DNA of 64,000 nucleotides from an uncultured Polaribacter sp. (GCA_943846585.1 OX044349.1:1028008-1092007); one strand, 5' to 3'. Counted from the stretch's first letter, positions 48,860-60,603 are shown. Notes: generated from the sequence alone by a model not told the origin. Numbers and translations are program-made.

Positions 48860-49228
48860 ATGTTACAGACAGAATCAAGATTAAAAGTCGCAGATAATAC
48901 TGGAGCAAAAGAAGTTTTAGTAATTAGAGTTTTGGGAGGTACAAGAAAACGGTATGCAAGTATTGGAGACAAGATTGTTGTAACCGTTAAATCTGCAACT
49001 CCAAACGGAGCTGTTAAGAAGGGTCAAGTATCCAGAGCAGTTGTTGTAAGAACAAAGAAAGAAGTAAGACGTAAAGACGGATCATACATTCGATTTGATG
49101 ATAACGCTTGTGTACTTTTAAATCCTACAGAGGAGATGAGAGGAACTCGTGTATTCGGTCCTGTTGCCCGTGAACTTCGTGAGAAACAATTCATGAAAAT
49201 AGTATCATTAGCACCTGAAGTGCTTTAA
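48860..49228 (+). CDS. rplN: 50S ribosomal protein L14
   Basis: [31 protein letters not shown]. Confidence 0.99.
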   Translation: MLQTESRLKVADNTGAKEVLVIRVLGGTRKRYASIGDKIVVTVKSATPNGAVKKGQVSRAVVVRTKKEVRRKDGSYIRFDDNACVLLNPTEEMRGTRVFGPVARELREKQFMKIVSLAPEVL

Positions 49229-49240
49229 ACCAGAAACAAG

Positions 49241-49543
49241 ATGAAGAAGTTTAAAATAAAATCAGGAGATACTGTAAGAGTAATTGCAGGAGACCACAAA
49301 GGTTCGGAAGGGAAAGTTTTACAAATTGTAAAAGATAAAGATAGAGTTCTTGTAGAGGGTGTTAACTTAGTATCTAAGCATACAAAGCCAAGCGCACAAA
49401 GTCCACAAGGAGGTATCGTAAAAAAAGAAGCATCATTACACATCTCTAATGTTTTATTAGTAGAAGATGGAGTTGCTGTAAGAGTTGGCTTTAAGGTTGA
49501 TGGAGATACGAAAACAAGAATCTCTAAAAAAACTAAAAAATAA
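49241..49543 (+). CDS. rplX: 50S ribosomal protein L24
   Basis: IKSGDTV.VIAG.HKG, VEGVN, LHISNV. Confidence 0.98.
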   Translation: MKKFKIKSGDTVRVIAGDHKGSEGKVLQIVKDKDRVLVEGVNLVSKHTKPSAQSPQGGIVKKEASLHISNVLLVEDGVAVRVGFKVDGDTKTRISKKTKK

Positions 49544-49548
49544 TAATC

Positions 49549-50100
49549 ATGAGTTACGTACCAAGATTAAAAGCAGAATATAAGAGTAAAATAGTAAGTG
49601 CTCTTAAAGAAGAATTTAGCTACAGCAATATAATGCAAGTGCCTAAATTACAGAAGATTGTTGTTTCTAAAGGTGTCGGTGCTGCAATTGCAGACAAGAA
49701 ACTAATAGACTACGCAATTGAAGAAGTAACTAAAATTACTGGTCAAAAAGCAGTTTCAACATTATCTAAAAAGGATGTTGCCGCATTTAAATTACGTAAG
49801 GGTATGCCAATTGGTGTAAAAGTTACTTTACGTGGAGATAAAATGTATGAATTCTTAGATCGATTAGTTACTGCCTCATTACCACGTGTAAGAGACTTTA
49901 ACGGTATCAAAGCAAATGGTTTTGACGGTAGAGGAAATTACAATTTAGGGATTGTAGAGCAAATCATTTATCCAGAAATTAATATTGATCAAGTTAAAAA
50001 AATCAATGGAATGGATATTACATTTGTAACATCTGCAAATACTGATAAGGAAGCAAAATCATTATTAACCGAATTAGGTTTACCTTTTAAAAAGAACTAA
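49549..50100 (+). CDS. rplE: 50S ribosomal protein L5
   Basis: [32 protein letters not shown]. Confidence 0.99.
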   Translation: MSYVPRLKAEYKSKIVSALKEEFSYSNIMQVPKLQKIVVSKGVGAAIADKKLIDYAIEEVTKITGQKAVSTLSKKDVAAFKLRKGMPIGVKVTLRGDKMYEFLDRLVTASLPRVRDFNGIKANGFDGRGNYNLGIVEQIIYPEINIDQVKKINGMDITFVTSANTDKEAKSLLTELGLPFKKN

Positions 50101-50101
50101 G

Positions 50102-50371
50102 ATGGCTAAAGAATCAATGAAAGCGCGTGAGCGCAAAAGAGCTGCAACCGTAGCAAAATATGCTGAGAAAAGAAAAGCTTTAAAAGCAGCTGGAGATTTC
50201 GAAGGATTGCAAAAATTACCAAAGAATGCTTCACCAATAAGAATGCACAACAGATGTAAACTTACTGGTAGACCAAAAGGGTATATGCGTCAATTTGGAC
50301 TTTCACGTGTTACTTTCCGTGAAATGGCCAATCAAGGCTTAATACCAGGAGTTCGTAAAGCAAGTTGGTAA
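50102..50371 (+). CDS. rpsN: 30S ribosomal protein S14 (89-aa, zinc-independent C- form)
   Basis: [19 protein letters not shown]; single Cys. Confidence 0.98.
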   Translation: MAKESMKARERKRAATVAKYAEKRKALKAAGDFEGLQKLPKNASPIRMHNRCKLTGRPKGYMRQFGLSRVTFREMANQGLIPGVRKASW

Positions 50372-50410
50372 GATTAAAAAAATAAATCTTAATCTAAAAA
50401 ATAGAATGTG

Positions 50411-50418
50411 TATATTTG
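50411..50418 (+). promoter_or_regulatory. Internal sigma-A -7 element upstream of rpsH
   Basis: TATATTTG followed by CA; no clear -33 element seen. Confidence 0.6.
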
Positions 50419-50454
50419 CACGCTCTATTTTTTTGAGTAAAACTAATTTTAACT

Positions 50455-50519
50455 GATTATAGGTTCATTTGTCACAGAGAAATCTGTAGCAACAATAGAG
50501 GCAAGTGAAAACCGGAATC
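50455..50519 (+). promoter_or_regulatory. Structured 5' leader of rpsH, candidate r-protein leader
   Basis: Nested helices GATT/AATC, GGTT/AACC, CATTTGTC/GGCAAGTG and ACAGA-GAAA-TCTGT (GNRA-capped). Confidence 0.55.
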
Positions 50520-50535
50520 GCAATTTTAAATAAAT

Positions 50536-50934
50536 ATGTATACAGATCCAATCGCGGATTTTCTAACCAGAGTTAGAAATGCAATCGCAGCAGGACACAG
50601 AGTAGTAGAAATTCCTGCTTCGAACTTGAAGAAGGAAATGACTAAAATTTTGTTTGATCAAGGGTATATTTTAAGCTACCAGTTCAATGACGATAAAGTC
50701 CAAGGAACTATCAAAATCGCTTTAAAATATAGCAAAGACACAAAAGAGTCAGTAATCAGAAAAATCCAAAGAATCAGTACCCCTGGTTTGCGTAAATACG
50801 TTGGCTCTGCAGAGATGCCAAGAGTATTAAACGGTCTTGGTATTGCTATTGTTTCAACATCGAAAGGTGTAATGACAAACAAAAAAGCACGTCAAGAAAA
50901 TGTTGGAGGAGAAGTTTTATGTTACGTTTATTAA
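50536..50934 (+). CDS. rpsH: 30S ribosomal protein S8
   Basis: [30 protein letters not shown]. Confidence 0.99.
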   Translation: MYTDPIADFLTRVRNAIAAGHRVVEIPASNLKKEMTKILFDQGYILSYQFNDDKVQGTIKIALKYSKDTKESVIRKIQRISTPGLRKYVGSAEMPRVLNGLGIAIVSTSKGVMTNKKARQENVGGEVLCYVY

Positions 50935-50944
50935 ACCTTAAGAG

Positions 50945-51490
50945 ATGAGTAGAATAGGAAAAAATCCCGTTAGCATTCCACAAGGTGTAGATGTAAACAT
51001 AAACGACAATATTGTAACTGTAAAAGGAAAGTTAGGAGAATTATCTCAAAGCATTTCAAGCGGAATTACAATCAAGATAGAAGATTCATTAATCGTACTA
51101 GATAGAGATTCAGAATCTAAAGATCATAAAGCACAACATGGCTTAATGAGAGCATTGATCAATAACATGATTATTGGTGTTAGTAAAGGATGGACCAAAG
51201 ACTTACAATTGGTAGGTGTTGGTTACAGAGCTTCTAACCAAGGTCAGAAATTAGATCTTGCATTAGGTTTTTCACACAATATTGTTTTAGATGTAGCTCC
51301 AGAAGTTAAAGTTGAAACAATATCAGAGAAAGGAAAAGATCCAATTATTAAATTATCTTCTTTTGATAAGCAATTAGTAGGGCAAGTAGCTGCAAAGATT
51401 CGTTCTTTTAGAGCACCAGAGCCTTATAAAGGAAAAGGAGTTAAGTTTGTAGGAGAAATATTAAGAAGAAAAGCAGGTAAATCTGCATAA
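50945..51490 (+). CDS. rplF: 50S ribosomal protein L6
   Basis: [20 protein letters not shown]. Confidence 0.99.
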   Translation: MSRIGKNPVSIPQGVDVNINDNIVTVKGKLGELSQSISSGITIKIEDSLIVLDRDSESKDHKAQHGLMRALINNMIIGVSKGWTKDLQLVGVGYRASNQGQKLDLALGFSHNIVLDVAPEVKVETISEKGKDPIIKLSSFDKQLVGQVAAKIRSFRAPEPYKGKGVKFVGEILRRKAGKSA

Positions 51491-51501
51491 TTATATATAT
51501 T

Positions 51502-51852
51502 ATGGCATTATCAAAGCTTGAAAGAAGAACTAGAATTAAGCATAGAATCAGAAAAATAATTTCTGGAACTGCAACCAAACCAAGATTATCTGTGTTTAGA
51601 AGCAATAAAGAAATATATGCTCAATTAGTAGACGATGTAAACGGAGTGACAATCGCTGGCGTTTCATCAAGAGATAAAGACATTAAAGCAACCTCTAAAA
51701 CTGAAGCATCTGCTGCAGTTGGTAAGGCGATTGCTGAATTAGCAACCAAAGCAGGGTTAGACACTGTTGCTTTCGATAGAAACGGATATTTATATCACGG
51801 TAGAGTTAAAGTATTAGCAGATGCCGCTAGAGAAGCTGGTTTAAAATTTTAA
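51502..51852 (+). CDS. rplR: 50S ribosomal protein L18
   Basis: [29 protein letters not shown]. Confidence 0.99.
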   Translation: MALSKLERRTRIKHRIRKIISGTATKPRLSVFRSNKEIYAQLVDDVNGVTIAGVSSRDKDIKATSKTEASAAVGKAIAELATKAGLDTVAFDRNGYLYHGRVKVLADAAREAGLKF

Positions 51853-51858
51853 GAAATT

Positions 51859-52380
51859 ATGCAAGGTTATAAAAACGTAGAAAGAGTGAAGCCTAGTGGG
51901 TTGGAGCTTGTAGATAAGTTAGTAGGAGTACAGCGTGTTACCAAAGTAACAAAAGGGGGTAGAGCATTTGGTTTCTCTGCAATCGTTGTTGTTGGTGATG
52001 GTAACGGTGTTGTTGGTCACGGTTTAGGAAAATCTAAAGATGTTGCTTCAGCAATTGCAAAAGCAATTGAAGACGCAAAGAAAAATTTAGTAAGAATACC
52101 TATTTTACAAGGTACGCTTCCTCATGAGCAAAAAGGAAAGTTTGGTGGTGCGAAAGTATTTATCAAGCCTGCTTCTCCTGGTACAGGAGTTATTGCTGGT
52201 GGTGCAGTACGTGCGGTATTAGAATCAGTTGGAGTTCATGATGTATTATCAAAATCTCAAGGTTCTTCAAATCCTCACAATGCAGTAAAAGCAACTTTCA
52301 ATGCATTATTACAATTACGTAGTGCAGGACAAATTGCAAAGCAAAGAGGGGTATCTTTAGAAACAGTATTTAACGGATAA
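51859..52380 (+). CDS. rpsE: 30S ribosomal protein S5
   Basis: [22 protein letters not shown]. Confidence 0.99.
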   Translation: MQGYKNVERVKPSGLELVDKLVGVQRVTKVTKGGRAFGFSAIVVVGDGNGVVGHGLGKSKDVASAIAKAIEDAKKNLVRIPILQGTLPHEQKGKFGGAKVFIKPASPGTGVIAGGAVRAVLESVGVHDVLSKSQGSSNPHNAVKATFNALLQLRSAGQIAKQRGVSLETVFNG

Positions 52381-52391
52381 ATCTAAGAACG

Positions 52392-52574
52392 ATGGCAAGA
52401 ATAAAAGTTACACAAGTAAAAAGTCAAATCGGGCGTCTTCAGAGTCAAAAGAGAACTTTAGAAGCTTTAGGTTTACGTAAAATGAACCAAACAGTAGAAC
52501 ATGAGGCAACTCCTTCTATTGTAGGTATGGTAAATACAGTTAAACACTTAGTTTCTTTCGAAGAAATTAAATAA
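52392..52574 (+). CDS. rpmD: 50S ribosomal protein L30
   Basis: IKVTQVKS.IG, TLEALGLRK, VKHLV. Confidence 0.98.
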   Translation: MARIKVTQVKSQIGRLQSQKRTLEALGLRKMNQTVEHEATPSIVGMVNTVKHLVSFEEIK

Positions 52575-52588
52575 AGACATATATACAA

Positions 52589-53038
52589 ATGAATTTACAT
52601 AATTTAACACCCGCAGAAGGTTCCGTAAAAAAAGGAAAAAGAATTGCAAGAGGTGAAGGATCTGGAAAAGGTGGTACTGCAACAAGAGGTCATAATGGAC
52701 AGAAATCTCGTTCAGGTTACTCAAGAAAGATTGGTTTTGAAGGAGGGCAAATGCCACTTCAAAGACGTGTTCCTAAGTTTGGTTTTACAAACATCAACCG
52801 TAAAGAATACCAAGGGATCAACATAGAGACTTTACAGGCACTAGTTGATAGTGGAAAAATTACTGATACAGTTACTTTAGATATTTTAATTGCTAATAGA
52901 TTAGCAGGTAAAAACGACCTAGTAAAAATACTAGGAAACGGAGAATTAAAAGCTAAATTAAGTATAACAGTACACAAGTTTACTGCAACTGCAAAAGCGG
53001 CTATTGAAGCTGCTGGAGGAGAAGCAGTAACTTTATAA
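52589..53038 (+). CDS. rplO: 50S ribosomal protein L15
   Basis: RGEGSGKG, GQKSRSG, FEGGQMPL, AIEAAGG. Confidence 0.99.
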   Translation: MNLHNLTPAEGSVKKGKRIARGEGSGKGGTATRGHNGQKSRSGYSRKIGFEGGQMPLQRRVPKFGFTNINRKEYQGINIETLQALVDSGKITDTVTLDILIANRLAGKNDLVKILGNGELKAKLSITVHKFTATAKAAIEAAGGEAVTL

Positions 53039-53051
53039 GAAAAGCGAAAAG

Positions 53052-54380
53052 ATGAGTTTCATAAAGACGTTAAAAGACATTTTCAGTATTGAAGAATTAA
53101 AGAATAAGATTCTTCTTACGATTGGTTTAATCGCTGTGTATCGATTTATGGCAGCTGTTCCATTACCTGGAATAGATCCATTACAATTGACAGCATTAAA
53201 AGACAACGCTTCTGGAGGTGGTCTATTAACATTATTAGACGCATTTACTGGAGGAGCATTTGCACGAGCATCCGTAATGGCGCTTGGAATTATGCCTTAT
53301 ATTTCTGCTTCTATTGTAGTACAGTTAATGGGAATTGCGATTCCTTATTTACAAAAACTACAAAAAGATGGAGAAAGTGGACGTAAAAAGATTACGCAAA
53401 TCACAAGATGGTTAACCATTGGAATTACGTTGGTTCAAGCACCTACCTATATTGGTTTTATTCAAAACCAAATGGATTTACCTGCTGAAGCCTTTTTAAT
53501 TACAGGTCCTGTATTTTGGGTATCTTCGATTGTTATTTTAACTGCAGGAACAATTTTTGCAATGTGGTTAGGAGAGCGTATTACAGACAAAGGAGTTGGT
53601 AATGGTATTTCATTATTAATTACAGTCGGTATTATCGCTAACTTTCCAGCTGCCTTTTTACAAGAATTTGTTGCTAAAACAACAAATGCAGGAGCAGGTG
53701 GATTGATGATGATCTTAATTGAAATCATAGTTTGGTTTGTTGTAATTTTATTAACTGTTTTATTGGTGACTGCTGTTCGTAAAATTGCAGTTCAGTATGC
53801 AAGAAGAACAGTCGCAGGAAGTACACAAAATGTTGCAGGTTCAAGAGATTACATTCCTTTGAAATTAAATGCAGCAGGAGTAATGCCAATTATTTTTGCA
53901 CAAGCAATTATGTTTTTACCAGTTGCACTTGCACAAAAGTATCCAGCAATCGCAGGATTGCAAGATAATTTTGGTTGGGAATACAATTTAATATTTGCAT
54001 TATTAATCATCATCTTTAGTTATTTCTATACTGCCATTACAGTGCGTACAGATGAAATGGCGCAAGGCCTGAAAAGAAGTGGTGGTTTTATCCCAGGGAT
54101 CAGACCTGGTAAAGACACAGCAGACAAGTTAGACAGTGTTTTGTCTCGAATTACGTTCCCAGGATCGTTATTCTTAGCAGCATTATCGATACTTCCAGCA
54201 GTTGTAGTTCAGTTTGGAGTACAGCAAAGTTGGGCGATGTTTTATGGAGGTACTTCATTAATCATTATGGTAGGTGTAGCAATTGACACATTACAACAAA
54301 TAAACTCGTACTTATTAAACCGTCATTATGATGGCTTAATGAAAGCAGGAAATACTAACAGAAAATCTTTAAACGATTAA
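53052..54380 (+). CDS. secY: Preprotein translocase subunit SecY
   Basis: ALGIMPYISASI, WLGERIT.KGVGNGIS, LKLNAAGVMPIIF, FIPGIRPG, GGTSLII. Confidence 0.99.
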   Translation: MSFIKTLKDIFSIEELKNKILLTIGLIAVYRFMAAVPLPGIDPLQLTALKDNASGGGLLTLLDAFTGGAFARASVMALGIMPYISASIVVQLMGIAIPYLQKLQKDGESGRKKITQITRWLTIGITLVQAPTYIGFIQNQMDLPAEAFLITGPVFWVSSIVILTAGTIFAMWLGERITDKGVGNGISLLITVGIIANFPAAFLQEFVAKTTNAGAGGLMMILIEIIVWFVVILLTVLLVTAVRKIAVQYARRTVAGSTQNVAGSRDYIPLKLNAAGVMPIIFAQAIMFLPVALAQKYPAIAGLQDNFGWEYNLIFALLIIIFSYFYTAITVRTDEMAQGLKRSGGFIPGIRPGKDTADKLDSVLSRITFPGSLFLAALSILPAVVVQFGVQQSWAMFYGGTSLIIMVGVAIDTLQQINSYLLNRHYDGLMKAGNTNRKSLND

Positions 54381-54596
54381 ATGGCTAAGCAATCAGCAAT
54401 TCAACAAGATGGAACGATTACAGAAGCATTGTCAAATGCAATGTTCCGTGTAGAATTAGAAAACGGACACGTTGTAACTGCACATATCTCAGGTAAAATG
54501 CGCATGCATTATATTAAATTACTACCAGGAGATAAAGTAAAGTTAGAAATGAGTCCTTATGATTTGACAAAGGCAAGAATTACTTATAGATATTAA
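54381..54596 (+). CDS. infA: Translation initiation factor IF-1
   Basis: [25 protein letters not shown]. Confidence 0.99.
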   Translation: MAKQSAIQQDGTITEALSNAMFRVELENGHVVTAHISGKMRMHYIKLLPGDKVKLEMSPYDLTKARITYRY

Positions 54597-54610
54597 TAAA
54601 AACTAGACTA

Positions 54611-54727
54611 ATGAAAGTTAGAGCATCAGTAAAAAAGAGAAGTGCCGACTGCAAGATTGTTCGCAGAAAAGGTAGATTATATGTGATTAATAAACAAAAT
54701 CCTAGATTTAAACAAAGACAAGGGTAA
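54611..54727 (+). CDS. rpmJ: 50S ribosomal protein L36 (38 aa, C- form; not in the ORF track)
   Basis: [38 protein letters not shown]; TAATG overlap with rpsM. Confidence 0.98.
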   Translation: MKVRASVKKRSADCKIVRRKGRLYVINKQNPRFKQRQG

Positions 54728-55092
54728 TGGCAAGAATAGCAGGTATTGATATTCCAAAAAACAAAAGAGGGGTTATTGCTTTAACTTACATCTTCGGTAT
54801 TGGAAGCAGCAGAGCTCAAAAAGTTTTAGCAAATGCAAAGGTTGACGAAAGCATCAAAGTTCAAGATTGGACGGATGATCAAATCGCAGCAATTAGAGAA
54901 CAAGTTGGATCTTTCACGATTGAGGGTGAATTGCGCTCAGAAGTTCAGTTAAACATCAAACGTTTGATGGATATTGGATGTCAGAGAGGAATTCGTCACA
55001 GACTCGGTCTTCCTTTAAGAGGACAGAGAACGAAGAACAACTCTAGAACTCGAAAAGGTAAGAGAAAAACTGTAGCTAACAAGAAAAAATAA
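54727..55092 (+). CDS. rpsM: 30S ribosomal protein S13
   Basis: [27 protein letters not shown]. Confidence 0.99.
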   Translation: MARIAGIDIPKNKRGVIALTYIFGIGSSRAQKVLANAKVDESIKVQDWTDDQIAAIREQVGSFTIEGELRSEVQLNIKRLMDIGCQRGIRHRLGLPLRGQRTKNNSRTRKGKRKTVANKKK

Positions 55093-55113
55093 AGTTAGAT
55101 AAAGTAATCAAGA

Positions 55114-55144
55114 TCTAAGTTTGATTAAAACAATCAAACTTAGA
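55114..55144. repeat. Perfect 13-bp inverted repeat between rpsM and rpsK
   Basis: TCTAAGTTTGATT(AAAAC)AATCAAACTTAGA. Confidence 0.8.
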
Positions 55145-55172
55145 AAACTAAATTACTAAAACTTAAACAATT

Positions 55173-55556
55173 ATGGCAAAAGCAAGTTCAAAAAAACGTA
55201 AAGTAGTAGTAGAATCTGTTGGAGAAGCGCACGTAACTGCCTCTTTCAACAATATCATTATTTCTTTAACAAACAAAAAAGGAGATGTAATCTCTTGGTC
55301 ATCTGCAGGTAAAATGGGTTTCAGAGGTTCTAAAAAGAATACTCCTTACGCAGCTCAGTTAGCAGCAGAAGATTGTTCAGTAGTAGCAAAAGAAGCAGGT
55401 TTACGTAAAGTAAAAGTGTATGTTAAAGGACCAGGTAACGGTAGAGAGTCTGCAATCAGATCATTACACAATGCAGGTATCGAAGTAACAGAAATTATTG
55501 ATGTTACACCAATGCCGCACAACGGTTGTCGTCCACCAAAGAGAAGAAGAGTTTAA
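55173..55556 (+). CDS. rpsK: 30S ribosomal protein S11
   Basis: [32 protein letters not shown]. Confidence 0.99.
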   Translation: MAKASSKKRKVVVESVGEAHVTASFNNIIISLTNKKGDVISWSSAGKMGFRGSKKNTPYAAQLAAEDCSVVAKEAGLRKVKVYVKGPGNGRESAIRSLHNAGIEVTEIIDVTPMPHNGCRPPKRRRV

Positions 55557-55630
55557 TCAGAATTTTTCTGATTAAATGCTGAATTTATTTCAGCAACAAA
55601 AAAAGAATATCAATTATTATATTTTAACTA

Positions 55631-55680
55631 AGTAGGAATTCGATTATCGAAGGAGATAGCCTTAATTCATAATCCCTGCT
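55631..55680 (+). promoter_or_regulatory. Structured element 5' of rpsD, probable S4 autoregulatory leader
   Basis: AGTAGG/CCTGCT, GATTAT/ATAATC and AAGG/CCTT nested helices ending 14 nt before the rpsD ATG. Confidence 0.55.
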
Positions 55681-55694
55681 TTAATAACAACGAA

Positions 55695-56300
55695 ATGGCA
55701 AGATATACAGGACCTAAAACTAAAATTGCTCGTAAGTTTGGCGAAGCAATTTTCGGAGATGATAAAAACTTCGAAAAAAGAAATTACCCTCCAGGACAGC
55801 ATGGAAATGCAAAAAGAAGAGGAAAAAAATCTGAATATGCTACCCAGTTAATGGAAAAGCAAAAAGCAAAATATACTTATGGTATTTTAGAGCGTCAATT
55901 CAGTAACTTATTCAAAAAAGCATCAGCTTCTCAAGGAATTACCGGTGAAATTTTATTACAATTATGTGAGTCTCGTTTAGACAACGTTGTGTATAGAATG
56001 GGGATTTCTAAATCTAGAAGTGGAGCACGTCAATTAGTTTCTCACAGACACATTACTGTGAATGGAGAACTTGTTAACATTCCATCATATAGTTTACAAG
56101 AAGGAGATGTGGTTGCAGTAAGAGAAAAATCAAAATCATTAATCGCTATTGAAGATGCTTTAGCTTCTTCAAGTACTGTTTTTGAATGGTTGACTTGGAA
56201 TGCAGATAAGAAAGAAGGAACTTTTGTAAAGGCTCCGGAAAGATTACAAATTCCTGAAAATATCAAGGAACAATTGATCGTAGAATTATATTCTAAATAA
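55695..56300 (+). CDS. rpsD: 30S ribosomal protein S4
   Basis: [30 protein letters not shown]. Confidence 0.99.
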   Translation: MARYTGPKTKIARKFGEAIFGDDKNFEKRNYPPGQHGNAKRRGKKSEYATQLMEKQKAKYTYGILERQFSNLFKKASASQGITGEILLQLCESRLDNVVYRMGISKSRSGARQLVSHRHITVNGELVNIPSYSLQEGDVVAVREKSKSLIAIEDALASSSTVFEWLTWNADKKEGTFVKAPERLQIPENIKEQLIVELYSK

Positions 56301-56395
56301 TAAATTAATCATATTGGTATTTAGCCAAAGGATGTATTTGTACTTCTTCAAACGACTACATCGCGCAACTAAATAACAATTCAAACGAAGAAACA

Positions 56396-57388
56396 ATGGC
56401 AATATTAAATTTTCAAAAGCCTGATAAAGTGATCATGATTGAATCTACAGATTTTTCTGGAAGATTTGAATTCAGACCTTTAGAGCCAGGTTTTGGTCTT
56501 ACAGTAGGAAATGCATTAAGAAGAGTTCTTTTATCTTCATTAGAAGGTTTTGCAATTACTTCATTAAGATTAGATGGTGTAGAGCATGAGTTTTCTACCA
56601 TTACAGGAATTGTAGAAGATGTTACAGAAATTATCTTAAACTTAAAACAAGTACGTTTTAAAAAGCAGATTGATGAAACGGACAGAGAAACTGTATCAGT
56701 TGCAGTATCAGGTCAGGATCAATTAACTGCAGGAGATTTACAAAAATTTATTTCAGGTTTTCAAGTATTGAACCCAGATTTAGTGATTTGTAACATGGAC
56801 AAATCTGTGAAGTTAAATGCTGAAATCACGATCGAAAAAGGGAGAGGATTTGTACCAGCAGAAGAAAACAAAAAATCAGGTGCTCCAATAGGAACTATAT
56901 TCACAGATTCTATTTACACTCCAATAAAGAATGTAAAATATGCGATTGAAAACTTTCGTGTTGAGCAAAAAACGGATTATGAAAAATTAGTTTTCGATAT
57001 CGATACTGATGGATCAATTAGTCCTAAAGATGCATTGACTGAAGCTGCAAAAATATTAATCCACCACTTTATGTTATTCTCTGATGAGCGTATCACTTTA
57101 GAGGCAGATGAAATTGCACAAACAGAAACGTATGATGAAGAATCATTACACATGCGTCAGTTATTAAAAACAAGATTGATCGACATGGATCTTTCTGTAA
57201 GAGCTTTAAATTGTTTAAAAGCAGCAGAAGTAGATACATTAGGAGATTTAGTTTCTTTTAACAAAAGTGACTTAATGAAGTTCCGTAACTTCGGTAAAAA
57301 ATCATTAACAGAACTAGAAGAACTAGTAATTGTGAAAGGTTTGAATTTCGGAATGGACTTAAGCAAATACAAATTAGATAAAGATTAA
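56396..57388 (+). CDS. rpoA: RNA polymerase alpha subunit
   Basis: [44 protein letters not shown]. Confidence 0.99.
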   Translation: MAILNFQKPDKVIMIESTDFSGRFEFRPLEPGFGLTVGNALRRVLLSSLEGFAITSLRLDGVEHEFSTITGIVEDVTEIILNLKQVRFKKQIDETDRETVSVAVSGQDQLTAGDLQKFISGFQVLNPDLVICNMDKSVKLNAEITIEKGRGFVPAEENKKSGAPIGTIFTDSIYTPIKNVKYAIENFRVEQKTDYEKLVFDIDTDGSISPKDALTEAAKILIHHFMLFSDERITLEADEIAQTETYDEESLHMRQLLKTRLIDMDLSVRALNCLKAAEVDTLGDLVSFNKSDLMKFRNFGKKSLTELEELVIVKGLNFGMDLSKYKLDKD

Positions 57389-57447
57389 TCTTTCATAGTT
57401 TGCTCCTCAAAAAGGGTTGAGCAAGATGAAAGTATAAAACACACGTC

Positions 57448-57921
57448 ATGAGACACGGAAAGAAATTTAACCATTTAGGAAGAAAAACAGCGCACAGAAA
57501 GGCAATGTTAGCAAATATGACTTGTTCATTAATTGAGCACAAGCGTATTAACACCACTGTAGCAAAAGCAAAAGCATTGCGTTTATTCGCTGAGCCTTTG
57601 ATCACAAAATCAAAATCAGATACAACACATAACAGACGTATCGTTTTTAGTAATTTACGTGACAAATTTGCGGTTACAGAATTATTTAAAGAAATCTCTG
57701 TAAAAGTAGCTGACAGACCAGGAGGATATTTACGTATCATCAAATTAGGAAATCGTCAAGGAGATAATGCTCCTATGGCAATGGTAGAATTCGTTGATTA
57801 CAACGAAATCTATAACCCTAAAGGAACAAAAGCTAAGAAAACTACTCGTAGAGGAAGAAGCAAAAAAGCCGAAGCTCCTCAAGTAGATGCGCCAGCAACG
57901 GAAGAAAAATCTGAAGAATAA
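57448..57921 (+). CDS. rplQ: 50S ribosomal protein L17
   Basis: [23 protein letters not shown]; Bacteroidota-type C-terminal tail. Confidence 0.99.
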   Translation: MRHGKKFNHLGRKTAHRKAMLANMTCSLIEHKRINTTVAKAKALRLFAEPLITKSKSDTTHNRRIVFSNLRDKFAVTELFKEISVKVADRPGGYLRIIKLGNRQGDNAPMAMVEFVDYNEIYNPKGTKAKKTTRRGRSKKAEAPQVDAPATEEKSEE

Positions 57922-57949
57922 AAAATGAAAATTTTTTTAAATCATATTC

Positions 57950-57982
57950 AAGGGATAAACATCAATGTTTATCCCTTTTTTT
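57950..57982 (+). terminator. Intrinsic terminator after rplQ
   Basis: AAGGGATAAACA(TCAA)TGTTTATCCCTT followed by T run. Confidence 0.88.
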
Positions 57983-57983
57983 A

Positions 57984-57991
57984 TATTTTTG
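57984..57991 (+). promoter_or_regulatory. Sigma-A -7 element for carA
   Basis: TATTTTTG directly after the rplQ terminator, 22 nt before the carA ATG. Confidence 0.55.
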
Positions 57992-58013
57992 TAACAACAA
58001 ACAACATTACTAA

Positions 58014-59132
58014 ATGAAATATCAATCAAGAAAAAAAGCATTAGTCTTACTTGCTGACGGAACTATCTTTTATGGAAAATCTGTTGGTATTGAAGGTACT
58101 TCCACTGGAGAAATCTGTTTCAATACAGGAATGACTGGTTATCAAGAAATCTTCACAGACCCTTCTTATTTTGGTCAACTTATGGTTACCACCAATGCAC
58201 ATATTGGGAATTATGGAGTGAATGAAGATGAAGTTGAGTCTGACAGTATTAAAATTTCAGGTTTAATTTGTAGAAACTTTAGCTTTACACATTCCCGAGT
58301 TGATTCGGATGGAAATTTAGAAGATTGGTTTACAAAACACAATTTAGTAGCTATTTCAGATGTAGACACCAGAGCATTGGTTGCTTACATTAGAGACAAT
58401 GGCGCTATGAATGCGATTATTTCTACTGATGTTGATAATATTGATGCTTTAAAGAAACAATTACAAGCAACTCCAAATATGGAAGGCCTTGAATTGGCTT
58501 CAAAAGTATCTACACAAGCACCTTATTATGTAGGCGATGAAAACGCACCCATTAAAATTGCTGCGATAGATATTGGTATCAAGAAAAATATATTAAGAAA
58601 CTTTGTTAAAAGAGGTGCTTATATTAAAGTGTTTCCATACAATGCAACCTTTGAAGAGTTGGCTTCTTTCAATCCAGATGGATATTTTATTTCTAACGGA
58701 CCTGGAGATCCAGCACCCTTAGTTGCAGCTCAAGAAGCGGCGAAACAAATCATACAAAGAGATTTACCATTGTTTGGTATTTGTTTAGGTCATCAAGTCA
58801 TTGCTCTGGCAAATGGAATTTCTACCTATAAAATGCACAACGGACACAGAGGAATTAACCATCCCGTTAAAAATCTTTTAACAGGTAAAGGAGAAATTAC
58901 TTCACAAAATCATGGTTTTGCAATTGACAGAGCAGAAGCCGAAGCGCATGCCGATGTCCAAATTACCCATGTACACTTAAATGACAATACTGTAGCAGGA
59001 ATTCAAATGAAAAATAAAAATGTATTTTCTGTTCAATACCATCCAGAGGCAAGTCCAGGGCCTCACGACGCAGAATACCTTTTTTATCAATTTATAGCAA
59101 ATATAAAAAAGCATAAAATAGTCGTTTCATAA
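58014..59132 (+). CDS. carA: Carbamoyl-phosphate synthase small (glutaminase) subunit
   Basis: GEICFNTGMTGYQE, SNGPGDP, GICLGHQ, SQNHGF, QYHPEASPGP. Confidence 0.97.
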   Translation: MKYQSRKKALVLLADGTIFYGKSVGIEGTSTGEICFNTGMTGYQEIFTDPSYFGQLMVTTNAHIGNYGVNEDEVESDSIKISGLICRNFSFTHSRVDSDGNLEDWFTKHNLVAISDVDTRALVAYIRDNGAMNAIISTDVDNIDALKKQLQATPNMEGLELASKVSTQAPYYVGDENAPIKIAAIDIGIKKNILRNFVKRGAYIKVFPYNATFEELASFNPDGYFISNGPGDPAPLVAAQEAAKQIIQRDLPLFGICLGHQVIALANGISTYKMHNGHRGINHPVKNLLTGKGEITSQNHGFAIDRAEAEAHADVQITHVHLNDNTVAGIQMKNKNVFSVQYHPEASPGPHDAEYLFYQFIANIKKHKIVVS

Positions 59133-59145
59133 CGACTATTTTTTA
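59115..59145 (+). terminator. Intrinsic terminator overlapping the carA stop codon
   Basis: AAAATAGTCGTT(TCAT)AACGACTATTTTTT. Confidence 0.7.
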
Positions 59146-59250
59146 TTCCAGTTTACTGAAATCGTTTTCGTAAGAAACTCATCCAAAGCCTTATAAGAAA
59201 GGTGGTTTTTAGTAAATTGCGACATAAAATAATTAGAACATAATTAATAA

Positions 59251-60549
<1,299 letters not shown>

Positions 60550-60568
60550 GATTTATATTTTCATAATT

Positions 60569-60603
60569 AAAAGCCTCAAAATTGTTATTTTGAGGCTTTT
60601 TTT
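60569..60603 (+). terminator. Intrinsic terminator after eno
   Basis: AAAAGCCTCAAAAT(TGTT)ATTTTGAGGCTTTT plus T run. Confidence 0.85.

Noticed and set aside
41166-54596. No tuf after fusA; no adk or map between secY and infA
   Set aside because: This is the normal Flavobacteriaceae arrangement; these genes lie elsewhere.
55060-55092. S13 ends at ANKKK, apparently a few residues shorter than some relatives
   Set aside because: Tail length varies naturally and cannot be judged without an alignment; no sign of a frameshift.
40279-57921. Absence of Shine-Dalgarno sequences before highly expressed genes
   Set aside because: Established Bacteroidota trait (A-rich initiation regions), not novel.
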